Assembly (NCBI GenBank): GCA_002501805.1
Contig: DAOI01000011.1
Coordinates: forward strand, 7,641 to 71,640
Length of the DNA: 64,000 bases
Reading direction: 5' to 3'
From: Euryarchaeota archaeon UBA463
Lineage (GTDB): Archaea > Thermoplasmatota > Poseidoniia > Poseidoniales > Thalassarchaeaceae
The notes below the pieces were generated by a model that was not told the origin of the DNA, did not search any database, and saw only the letters and a program-made list of their open reading frames with translations. The position numbers and the translations under genes were made by a program. Shown in pieces: positions 11,001-18,654 of the stretch; within the stretch, counting starts at the first letter, position 1, and the number at the start of each line of letters is the position of its first letter.

Positions 11001-11121
11001 CTTAACTGGGGGCGTCAGTACAATGGTAAAAACCGCTGGACTTCGAAGAGCAATAGCAAGAGATGAAGCAGATACGATTGACGCGGCAATAATACTGGGC
11101 TCTACAGATGATGCGTGGTGA
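8080..11121 (+). CDS. RND-superfamily / MMPL-type exporter
   Basis: 1013 aa with two blocks of about 6 TM helices, each preceded by a large hydrophilic loop. This is the duplicated RND/MMPL topology. An alternative start is the Met at 8122. Confidence 0.7.
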   Translation: MGLKSLRYSQRYGIMTERDKDSSSSLPEVLESLARTPEDTLTYLRGKASDFDSKKVLSSIRRSPVTIKRALVDSTVSDLITKVPVITVILCLTVTALLGRHSGILDCRDGFENDYCDEEGALNVNGDMAVYLPVGSDVQRDIENVETNWTTNVMVIYVESEKTGVDQLPILKQIDKVESALNTVRDDKGQEDFVIYVLSVSTVVKEVNSSGGRVVKAFFSGIAEATGSDEFSQQVDDLVDEQSNLIGDYSIPDEQERVDQILGEMPQNALDKLVRDVGKGNTVEAGYWNRAVIIIGISSNLDLNGDGEDDTTISKIIEDTQATIDLISEENNWICKDSNGNEVDPESDEGSEICDGTELGLKMTLTGPVPLTNAITEKSFQLFWQVFPVGVVIVAFGLFLFHCDLLQTGRIRWVQGVKTLIISGLPTLCSVWITLGFIGYTDYEVTMTVIIVGPIVLALGVSYGLHITNRYAEAKGSPREKMSEAISSTGRAVLLSALTTIIGFISLVFVPMKPIQTIGFALSGGIVVVYLMTMLMVPNLTMMLDLKKPSHPPPKVFQGAVGVPIKWTRVTLVIFMMAMVMSAGYNRPNVEENIDLLKMAPAGVDAVDKMGIYSEEFNAGQPGFLLIESDIYADPDPIPEAGAQKDPFSNLKGIEQLETKCNSVDNTTAVSIVFLMKAIGVGVNISGTPVSDLVPDDLGPINDVAELIFDREQTGNLSFWSALNYLDLQDTGGVQSQNFLIYVFYESMTLEMRELFISPDYDRSLIYIDMPFMDVQSTTLAVDEVNRYAEEEKDGAVTSSTLIGVASITIEVNNLIVDSQWSSLGFALLFTVLTLALVFRDVRYAILTTLPVGFTVMMQWLAMDGLDVDLSLITVMIGSILVGVGVDFSIHIANRIKEQGGTIEAIQTACASTGLSLFEATTVTAGGLTCAYLIPIEAIKPFITVIILLLLVAAISALILLPAIFTAMIKANLGLTGGVSTMVKTAGLRRAIARDEADTIDAAIILGSTDDAW

Positions 11122-11154
11122 AACGTTGATTTGCGTACTCCCTCACGGCAAATC

Positions 11155-11628
11155 ATGACGAGTTACTGGCTGATGAAGAGTGAACCACATGTTTACCCAT
11201 GGGACCAACTAAAAATTGATGGTCGTACCCATTGGGATGGAGTAAGAAACTATCAGGCAAGGAACATTATGAGGGACGATATGTCAATTGGTGATTTAGT
11301 TCTATTTTACCATTCGAATTGTAAGCCACCACACATAGCTGGAGTGGCTAGAGTTTGTAAGGGTGCATATCCTGATTTTACAGCTCAGGATACAGAATCA
11401 AAATATTTCGATCCAAAGGCGTCCCCGGAAAATCCTAGATGGGTAATGGTTGATATTGAACCTGTGTATGATTTGAATCCAGTAAGCCTACCCGAATTAA
11501 GAACGAATGGTGCTTTGGAAGGTATGCCACTACTAAGAAAAGGACAGCGATTATCAGTCCAGCCCGTATCAAAAGAACATTTTTCCATAGTTTGCAATAT
11601 GGGTGGTTTGGAAAATAATCTGTTGTAG
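11155..11628 (+). CDS. EVE (PUA-like) domain protein
   Basis: MTSYWLMKSEPHVYPWDQL...THWDGVRNYQARNIMRDDMSIGDLVLFYHSN matches the EVE / thymocyte nuclear protein 1-like fold signature. The start is set at the ATG at 11155. Confidence 0.8.
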   Translation: MTSYWLMKSEPHVYPWDQLKIDGRTHWDGVRNYQARNIMRDDMSIGDLVLFYHSNCKPPHIAGVARVCKGAYPDFTAQDTESKYFDPKASPENPRWVMVDIEPVYDLNPVSLPELRTNGALEGMPLLRKGQRLSVQPVSKEHFSIVCNMGGLENNLL

Positions 11629-11632
11629 ATTG

Positions 11633-11941
11633 ATGGGCATGTCCTCGGTGGACGTTCGTCACCAATGCGGATTTTACGTCAGTCTTCTCAGCCCCGCTTC
11701 CCCAAGGCATCCAGCATCCCCGGTCGGGCTGCTCGCTTCCGCGCCTGACCTGGTTCCCGGGCATAGGATGGTCTGATGTTCCCTCCGGATCATCACTCCA
11801 ACAACCTGCATCTCTTGGGGGCGAGGCGTCGTAGTTAACCGACGAGTCCACAATGGCTCGTTTACGCCGCCCTCGGACTTCAGGTCACCATTTTCGACGA
11901 TTTGTGAAAAATAGAGTACGTCAACACCCCCCCTAGCCCAT
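11633..11941 (-). ncRNA. signal recognition particle RNA (archaeal 7S RNA), about 309 nt
   Basis: GC-rich island between two genes. The minus strand reads ...CCAGGUCAGGCGC-GGAA-GCGAGCAGCC..., which is the helix-8 motif with a GNRA tetraloop and asymmetric loops. The 5' AUGGGC (11941-11936) pairs with the 3' GCCCAU (11638-11633) to close the molecule. The length fits archaeal SRP RNA. Confidence 0.85.
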
Positions 11942-11979
11942 ATGCCGGGGTGAGAGCGTCCATTTCAAAGAATCGGGAG

Positions 11980-12363
11980 TCATTCTGCCGAGACATACTT
12001 CGAAGGGCATCCTGTTTGGATCTCCTTGGCTTCTAGAGTCCAAGCACCTGAATCATAGATTAACAGTCCTTTTACAGCAATTGTCTTACCCTCATTGAAG
12101 CCATCTGGAACAGCGGTTCCAGAGAAATCTACAAACAGTTCATGTTCTATGCCCATGAGGATGAATGTATAGTTCTCAGAATCAATTGAACCATTGGCTA
12201 TTTCGCCCCTGAGATGTACTTGCCCTTCGAATTCATCAGGATTATCCATTACTTCGTCTACGAAGTATTGGGTCTGAGGATCTACTGTAGCCAGCATCAT
12301 AACTACTAGAACTAAAATCGAGCCGCCTACGGCAAGTAGCCTGTTAGTTCGTGTCAGGGCCAT
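11980..12363 (-). CDS. ccmE: CcmE-like heme chaperone, CxxxY variant
   Basis: N-terminal anchor (RTNRLLAVGGSILVLVV) followed by an OB-fold block. It aligns by eye to E. coli CcmE: VHLRGEIANGSI against LRVGGMVMPGSV, and PDGFNEGKTIAVKG against PDLFREGQGVVVQG. The C-terminal CPSKY sits where HDENY lies in E. coli. Confidence 0.7.
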   Translation of the reverse strand: MALTRTNRLLAVGGSILVLVVMMLATVDPQTQYFVDEVMDNPDEFEGQVHLRGEIANGSIDSENYTFILMGIEHELFVDFSGTAVPDGFNEGKTIAVKGLLIYDSGAWTLEAKEIQTGCPSKYVSAE

Positions 12364-12408
12364 GAATATTGGACTTGAGTTTACTTGAAGACAGTTTCTG
12401 AGTAATCA

Positions 12409-13536
12409 TCAGCGATGGTTGTAACCGATAGCTTCTGAAATACCGCTAAAGCCGTTTTCTGATACCCTCCTCTTGAGGCCCCTGACAATACCGGAAGTAA
12501 CACCCGGGCCGTTGAAAACCAGACCAGAATACAACTGAATTAAACTCGCACCAGAGGTTATGGCATTCCATGCACTATCAGGTGAATCTATACCCCCGAC
12601 TCCAACTATAGTCATATCTCCATCTGTATGCTCATATAGATTAGAAATTACTTCTAATGATCTCTTTTGGAGAGGCCTCCCTGAGACGCCACCGTTCTGT
12701 GAGAAAGCGATTCTGGACTGAGTATTACTGGGCTCGGGCCTTGTTATTGTCGTGTTTGTAGCTACAATTCCATCTAGTCCGTTACTTGATGCTATGTCAG
12801 AAATCTCTATAATTTGATCATCAGAACAATCGGGCGATAGCTTTAGCAAGATTGGCTTAACAGACTCGTATCTATTTCTTATTCCAGTGCATTGGCTAAG
12901 AACTTCTGTAAGCAAATCTTCATGTTGCAAATCTCTGAGACCGGGAGTATTTGGAGACGAAACATTGAGTACGAACATATCGGCATGATTCCAGAGAGTA
13001 TCTAAAGTAGAGGCATAATCGGATGGAGCCTGCTCATTATTGACTTTCTTAGACCTCCCAATATTAGCAGCTACTGGAACATTGGGCCAATTACCAGAGG
13101 CATATCTTGAGACCAATGAATCTCTGACGGAAGAAGCTCCGGGATTATTGAATCCCATACTGTTTACTAATGCCCTCTCTGAATTGGCTCTAAACATTCG
13201 GGGTTTAGGATTTCCATCTTGTGGGAATCTCGTCACTCCGCCGTATTCTACCCAAGAAAAACCTAGTGCTGGCCATGCGCTGAGTGCCTTGGCACCCTTA
13301 TCCATACCAGCAGCTAAACCTAATGGATGATGGAACAATCTACCTAGAACGTGCACTGGTAGTTCGGGAGACTGATACATTCCATTGAGTAGTGACTTGC
13401 CGTATTGTGATTTATCGAATTTAGATAGTGTAGAAAGCGCCAAATCATGGGATCTTTCAGAGTCTAATCTTGAAATGATCGGCCTTGCAAATATCTTCCA
13501 GCCCAATCCCACATCCTGCCGGAGGTAAAGTACCAT
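12409..13536 (-). CDS. pyrD: dihydroorotate dehydrogenase (quinone), class 2
   Basis: N-terminal membrane-association helix region, then LGLAAGMDKGAKAL, NSMGFNNPG and NVSSPNTPGLRDLQ motifs. 375 aa. Confidence 0.9.
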   Translation of the reverse strand: MVLYLRQDVGLGWKIFARPIISRLDSERSHDLALSTLSKFDKSQYGKSLLNGMYQSPELPVHVLGRLFHHPLGLAAGMDKGAKALSAWPALGFSWVEYGGVTRFPQDGNPKPRMFRANSERALVNSMGFNNPGASSVRDSLVSRYASGNWPNVPVAANIGRSKKVNNEQAPSDYASTLDTLWNHADMFVLNVSSPNTPGLRDLQHEDLLTEVLSQCTGIRNRYESVKPILLKLSPDCSDDQIIEISDIASSNGLDGIVATNTTITRPEPSNTQSRIAFSQNGGVSGRPLQKRSLEVISNLYEHTDGDMTIVGVGGIDSPDSAWNAITSGASLIQLYSGLVFNGPGVTSGIVRGLKRRVSENGFSGISEAIGYNHR

Positions 13537-13558
13537 TCAATAGTTACGTGTACCTCGC

Positions 13559-13966
13559 ATGTGCATGGGCAGTTATGTAGACTCTTTACGAGAGGCCGCA
13601 AGGAGATTGCTAAGGTCAGAAGGAGGAATACTATATCTGAATAGAAATATCTCAGAAGGTGCGATTGAGTTGTTGTTAGAAATTTCCGATTATGCTCCCT
13701 CGAAGATATCATTCCCAGAATTGTCATACATTGAATCACAGGAAATCATACTTGAATGTTCAGGAAATAATTTCAACATAGGTGAAGAGGAAAAATCAGA
13801 AGAATACTGCTGGGTCAAATCTCACAAATCTGAGACTGGTGATCCATGGGGTGATTTTAGCAAGATGGTACTGGAATTAGCTGTGGCAGGTTACCCTGGA
13901 TGCATTGGTTGTGGAGGTCCGGGTTCAGAAGAATTTTGGGATGAAGCAAGCTCAAGAATTTACTGA
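13559..13966 (+). CDS. hypothetical protein
   Basis: 135-aa ORF with protein-like composition and a C-terminal GCIGCGGPG. No family recognised. Confidence 0.4.
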   Translation: MCMGSYVDSLREAARRLLRSEGGILYLNRNISEGAIELLLEISDYAPSKISFPELSYIESQEIILECSGNNFNIGEEEKSEEYCWVKSHKSETGDPWGDFSKMVLELAVAGYPGCIGCGGPGSEEFWDEASSRIY

Positions 13967-13971
13967 CATCT

Positions 13972-13996
13972 CGCGTGTGCACGCGTGCGCGCGCGT
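13972..13996. repeat. 25-nt perfectly alternating pyrimidine-purine tract (CG/TG type, Z-DNA-prone)
   Basis: cgcgtgtgcacgcgtgcgcgcgcgt alternates Y-R at every step. It contains the nested palindromes GTGCAC, ACGCGT and GCGCGC, and lies in the spacer upstream of topA. Confidence 0.9.
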
Positions 13997-14020
13997 TGTA
14001 ATGCTCGGACCTTACTCATG

Positions 14021-14027
14021 TTTATAC
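14021..14027 (+). promoter_or_regulatory. candidate TATA box for topA
   Basis: TTTATAC lies about 50 nt upstream of the topA ATG (14076). Called on position and sequence only. Confidence 0.3.
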
Positions 14028-14075
14028 GGGGAATATTCTGGGACACAATTATCTCAAGTCAATGATGGTGTAAAC

Positions 14076-16343
14076 ATGAAGCTGATGATTCTGGAGTCTG
14101 GTGCCAAGGGTAAGACTGTCAAGAAGTACTTGGGCAAAGGATGGATAGTAGAAGCTTGTTTTGGGCATGTACAGGATCTTCCTCGTAGTGGAAGTCAGGG
14201 TAACAAAGCTATGTGGGCTTCTGAGAAAGGAATGCTTCCTGATCCACCCTGGGAATGGACTGAAAGGGCAGAAAGGGTGGTGAATAAATTACTAGCTAAG
14301 GCCAGAAGCAAAGATGTAACTGAAGTGTATATCGCAACCGATCCAGATAGAGAAGGCGAATTTATTGCATGGAGACTAATGCACATTTTCTCAGAATTCC
14401 CATTTGTTACTCGTGTAACGTTCAATGAAATCACCAAGGAAGCTGTTGAGAAAGCACTTGAAAATCATAGAGATATAGATGAGGGCCTTGTAGATGCCGC
14501 GAAAGTAAGAAGATTCATGGATAGGCTAGTAGGTTACAGATGCTCAAAATTTGCCAAAAGCTGGAATTTGAGATCCATGGGAAGGGTCCAGACACCCACG
14601 TTAGGCTATATTGTTGATAGAGAGAATGAGAGAAATGAGCATGTTCCGATTCCTTATCATACAGTTCATACAATTAGTGACGGTTACACGTTCAAATTTA
14701 GATTTCATAAAAGTAACGATGACGAAGCATGGAGGGATGACAATGGTAAATTTTTCTCAGATAGAACATTCGATCACGTACTTGCTGAAGATGCATTCAA
14801 GGCATTGGAGAATTCCGGAAGTTTTGAGCTGGTATCAATCAAGAATGGAAAGACGAATCGTAAACCGTCACCCCCTTTCACCACAGATACCTTGCTTCAG
14901 TCTTCCAGTAGCTCTTTGGGTTGGTCGATGTCAAAAACTAGTAAGATTGCTTCGGACCTTTACAATAAGGGATATATCACTTACATCAGAACTGACTCAA
15001 CAAGAACCAGCACAGGCGCGAGGGACATTGCTAGGGAAATCATTCTAGAAAAATATGGTGAGGATTACTTGGGCCCGGGAGCTCTTGGTTCCGACGCCAA
15101 GAAGGGCACTACTAATGTCCAAGATGCCCATGAGGCCATCAGACCGACAGATCCAAAATTACTAGAGCCAGCAGATGTAGACAATGATTCTGCCAAATTA
15201 TATCGATTGGTAAGAAGCCGATTTTTATCTAGCCAGATGTCAGATTCAGTTAGGGAAAGGAGGGAGATAAGTGCTTCTGTAAATAACTCTGGACTTGTAG
15301 TGTCGGGTACTGCTTCGTGGAGAATACATCCGGGATGGGAGATAGCATCCTCAGAGTTTCTTCCGGTCCCAAGGACACATGAGCCAACATTCGGGCTAAC
15401 AGTGGGTTCGGTATGGAAAATTGATGATTTGGATGAGAATCCAAAGATGACCACTGATGAGACCAAACCACCTAGAAGGTATACAGAAAGCTCGATAGTT
15501 AAGAAGATGAAAAATGCAGGTATTGGGCGCCCATCGACTTATGTTAGCACCGTACTAAAACTATCAGATAGGAAGTACATAACAAATGACAGCGGCTCTC
15601 TTTCGCCCACTGAAAATGGGATGTTACTGTGGACTGAGGTTGCTCCCATTTACAACGGCCAAGAAAGTGAAATAGAGCTATTCTCATCTGAATTTACTGC
15701 AGATATGGAGAAGCAACTCGATTCTGTAGAAGAGGGAGTGGTGACTGGTTCGGACATGTGGTTAAGATTCTCATCTTCATTCAAAGAAGCTCATGAAAAG
15801 GCTATTGAAATCAAAAGTAGGAAACCTACGCTTAGACAAAAATATTCCATAGAAAATCAGATTTCTAGTATGGAAGAAAGTGAGAAAAATAATATTTTGA
15901 ATGGACGATCAATCTCAGAGATATCTGGAAAGGAGGCCAGTGAAATTATAGAAAAGCTGAAAGAAATGACCAAAGAGGGAAAAATCATTACCAAACCTAG
16001 TGAGAAGCAGTTAAGTTACCTAATTTCATTAATTGAAAAATCAAACATGTCCGAGGAAGAGGCCCTGTCCCTGGTTGGAGTGAAGGATTTAGATGATCTG
16101 ACAGGGGGAAGAAATGGCTCTGCTAGCGATTTGATAGGACTAATGAAGGAGAATAATAACTCATTGCCTGCCTCCGAAGCACAATTAAAACTCATTATAG
16201 ATATGTCAGAGAAATTAGGCATACCAATAGCTGATGTACTCGCTATGGCAGATCTAGCAGAAATTAGTGAAGTTAGTAAATCGGATGCGAGTAAAATAAT
16301 TACAAATCTAAAATCACTAAGGAAGAAGAGTAGAAAAAAGTAG
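14076..16343 (+). CDS. topA: DNA topoisomerase I (type IA) with a non-zinc-finger repeat C-terminus
   Basis: Toprim motifs MKLMILESGAKGKTVKKYLG ... GHVQDLP ... IATDPDREGEFIAW, and the active-site GYITYIRTDS. The start is set at the Met at 14076. The ORF-track start at 13905 overlaps the upstream ORF and adds non-homologous residues. Confidence 0.9.
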   Translation: MKLMILESGAKGKTVKKYLGKGWIVEACFGHVQDLPRSGSQGNKAMWASEKGMLPDPPWEWTERAERVVNKLLAKARSKDVTEVYIATDPDREGEFIAWRLMHIFSEFPFVTRVTFNEITKEAVEKALENHRDIDEGLVDAAKVRRFMDRLVGYRCSKFAKSWNLRSMGRVQTPTLGYIVDRENERNEHVPIPYHTVHTISDGYTFKFRFHKSNDDEAWRDDNGKFFSDRTFDHVLAEDAFKALENSGSFELVSIKNGKTNRKPSPPFTTDTLLQSSSSSLGWSMSKTSKIASDLYNKGYITYIRTDSTRTSTGARDIAREIILEKYGEDYLGPGALGSDAKKGTTNVQDAHEAIRPTDPKLLEPADVDNDSAKLYRLVRSRFLSSQMSDSVRERREISASVNNSGLVVSGTASWRIHPGWEIASSEFLPVPRTHEPTFGLTVGSVWKIDDLDENPKMTTDETKPPRRYTESSIVKKMKNAGIGRPSTYVSTVLKLSDRKYITNDSGSLSPTENGMLLWTEVAPIYNGQESEIELFSSEFTADMEKQLDSVEEGVVTGSDMWLRFSSSFKEAHEKAIEIKSRKPTLRQKYSIENQISSMEESEKNNILNGRSISEISGKEASEIIEKLKEMTKEGKIITKPSEKQLSYLISLIEKSNMSEEEALSLVGVKDLDDLTGGRNGSASDLIGLMKENNNSLPASEAQLKLIIDMSEKLGIPIADVLAMADLAEISEVSKSDASKIITNLKSLRKKSRKK

Positions 16344-16361
16344 AGTGAACGGAGTAGTATT

Positions 16362-17579
16362 ATGGGAGCTCCTTCGAAGGAATTCTATGACGCCGTTATC
16401 ATCGGTGCGGGCCCCATTGGGGGATACCTGGGGTGGAATCTCAGAAGATTGGGGCACTCGGTACTTATCATCGAAGAGCATTCAGAAATTGGTAGGCCAT
16501 TTCAGTGTGCTGGATTAGTCAACCCGAGCGCTATGGCGAGGGTCCCATTGGAAAAATCTGTACTTTCCCCAATATGGGGTGCGAGGATAAACAGTCCAAA
16601 TGGAATTACTGTGGATATTGGCTCACCAGAAAGGATTAGAACATGGTCTGTATGTAGAAAGAAGTTCGATGAAGGAGTAGTAAAACTAGCTGTGGATGGT
16701 GGAGCAGAATTGTTGCTAAATTCGAGGCCTACAAATATTTCAAACTTTGATGAGTTTTCAGAAGTTACGCTAAAAACCGCCGATACAGAAATGAAAATCA
16801 GATGTTCATTGGTCTGTGGATGTGATGGAGCCCATTCATGGGTACGAAGACATATGAGAATGGGAAGGCCTAAGGAAATGATGATTGGTTATCAAGTAGA
16901 AGTTACTGGATACCCGAATGAGCCTGGTAAGCTAGACATGTTTACAGGATCGCAGATTGCTCCGGGTTTTTTTTCTTGGGCGATACCGTCTGGCGAAACA
17001 ACAAGAATCGGTATGTGGAGTAAGGCAGAACTACTTACAGACAAATCTTGTGAGATGTTGATCAGTAATCTGATGAATGACTCGATGTGGAAAAATAGAT
17101 TTGAAAAATGTACCATTATCGGAAGATTTGGCGGTCCTGTTCCTAGTGGACTAATTAAGCATCCACTTAAGGAAAGAGTAGCTCTATTCGGTGATGCCTC
17201 AGGAGCATGCAAACCAACCACAGGTGGAGGCATTAGTACTGGATTCGATCAAGTAGATATCCTCGCTCCAAAATTATCAGAATCGATAATTAATGGAGAT
17301 CTGTCGGAGGAAAGAATGCAAAAAATTGGAAAGTCGCTCGACCCGATGAGGAAGAAGCTCGAAAGAATTAGGGCTCTTAGAAATGCATTTTTGACAGAGG
17401 CGACCGATAATGAGTTAGATGAAGTTTTCAAAATCTGGTCAAGACCCGATGTAACAGAAATAATTAATCAATCTGGTGAAATAGATAATCCCATACCATT
17501 GGGTTTGAGATTACTAAAGGAAGTTCCTGAATTCAGATCATTGGCTACCAAAGCCGCTTCAGCAGTAATATGGGGATAG
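16362..17579 (+). CDS. geranylgeranyl reductase family FAD-dependent oxidoreductase (archaeal lipid saturase-like)
   Basis: YDAVIIGAGPIGG dinucleotide fold, CDGAHSWVRR and GDASGACKPTTGGGI motifs. 405 aa. Confidence 0.8.
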   Translation: MGAPSKEFYDAVIIGAGPIGGYLGWNLRRLGHSVLIIEEHSEIGRPFQCAGLVNPSAMARVPLEKSVLSPIWGARINSPNGITVDIGSPERIRTWSVCRKKFDEGVVKLAVDGGAELLLNSRPTNISNFDEFSEVTLKTADTEMKIRCSLVCGCDGAHSWVRRHMRMGRPKEMMIGYQVEVTGYPNEPGKLDMFTGSQIAPGFFSWAIPSGETTRIGMWSKAELLTDKSCEMLISNLMNDSMWKNRFEKCTIIGRFGGPVPSGLIKHPLKERVALFGDASGACKPTTGGGISTGFDQVDILAPKLSESIINGDLSEERMQKIGKSLDPMRKKLERIRALRNAFLTEATDNELDEVFKIWSRPDVTEIINQSGEIDNPIPLGLRLLKEVPEFRSLATKAASAVIWG

Positions 17580-17580
17580 T

Positions 17581-18654
17581 ATGTATAGATCGGTACAGAG
17601 AGTAAGATATCCGCCCTTTGATCATGAGAATAGTGATCCTGTAGAGATTCCATTAGTTGAGGTATTACTAGAGTCGGAAAATCCTCCTCCTCCAAATCTA
17701 AGAATAGGCAATGATAGATCTTGGATAGTTGAGTGGAGAGGTGAGGCAGAGGGCGATGGCTCACTACCTAAAATCAATACAGAAGTGTCCACAGAAACCC
17801 TGCCATTTCTCATGAGGACAAGAAATGGGTGGTACATTGAGCCCGATCCATTGCACGCTACAGCTAGGAAAATGATTTTTCCTGGAGTGATAGTACTTGT
17901 TGTAGCACTAATGCTACACGCATTAGAGCCGGCTTTGATTAGTATAGCAATAATTCCAGATTTTATTTTTACTCCATTCAGTATTGGCCCTCTTGATTAT
18001 CCATTGATGATTTTGATCGCATTCCCGGTATTTGTCATTCCAATATTACTAAGGGTAGTGGCAAATATTATGGATATTAGAAGGCAGAATGAGTATATTG
18101 CAGAACCATTATCTTCTCCTCAGGTTGAAATATCCAATATCTCAGTAGATAGCGTGGAAATATGTAAATTAACACTCCCTGAAGGCATTACAGCCACAAA
18201 GGCAAGAGTCCAAGTCGGAGTAGCTGTACCAAAGAGAGATGTATTGTTGGAAGCCATAGGCAGGAGTAAATTCGGGCAACCAGCACCGGGGATGTCAACA
18301 GAGCTACCGGAAAGGAGGATTTCAACTGCTGATGAACATGGAACTGGAGTGGGTGAATCCGTTCCGATGCCGGTGAGCAGAGGGAGGTTACTTCTCCTAG
18401 AGCCGATGAGGGTCCAAGATTTTGGACCTTGGACAGAGGTAGGTGACGAGAGTGTTATTCTTCTAGGGCCCAGTAACCCGTGGCCTGCAAATATATATTC
18501 TGCAATGATTGCAATTCATTGGGAGCTTGTCATTGAAGCTTTGAAGGATGATGGAACAAGGATGAAATGGGTAAGGCCAATAAGCATAGAAGCCACAGGT
18601 AGGGAGGCGATTATTGATAAATTACCAGTGAGAAGTGGACGTATAGAGTCATGA
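17581..18654 (+). CDS. membrane protein, unknown function
   Basis: 357-aa ORF starting 1 nt after the GGR stop. It has two or three central TM helices (IFPGVIVLVVALMLHAL, LMILIAFPVFVIPILLRVV) and a C-terminal soluble domain. Confidence 0.55.
   Translation: MYRSVQRVRYPPFDHENSDPVEIPLVEVLLESENPPPPNLRIGNDRSWIVEWRGEAEGDGSLPKINTEVSTETLPFLMRTRNGWYIEPDPLHATARKMIFPGVIVLVVALMLHALEPALISIAIIPDFIFTPFSIGPLDYPLMILIAFPVFVIPILLRVVANIMDIRRQNEYIAEPLSSPQVEISNISVDSVEICKLTLPEGITATKARVQVGVAVPKRDVLLEAIGRSKFGQPAPGMSTELPERRISTADEHGTGVGESVPMPVSRGRLLLLEPMRVQDFGPWTEVGDESVILLGPSNPWPANIYSAMIAIHWELVIEALKDDGTRMKWVRPISIEATGREAIIDKLPVRSGRIES

Noticed and set aside
11385-11851. ORFs 11435..11851 and 11385..11597 in the GC-rich island
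   Set aside because: They overlap the SRP RNA and the 3' end of the EVE gene. The Arg/Gly/Pro-rich translation is typical of an ORF read through structured GC-rich RNA genes.
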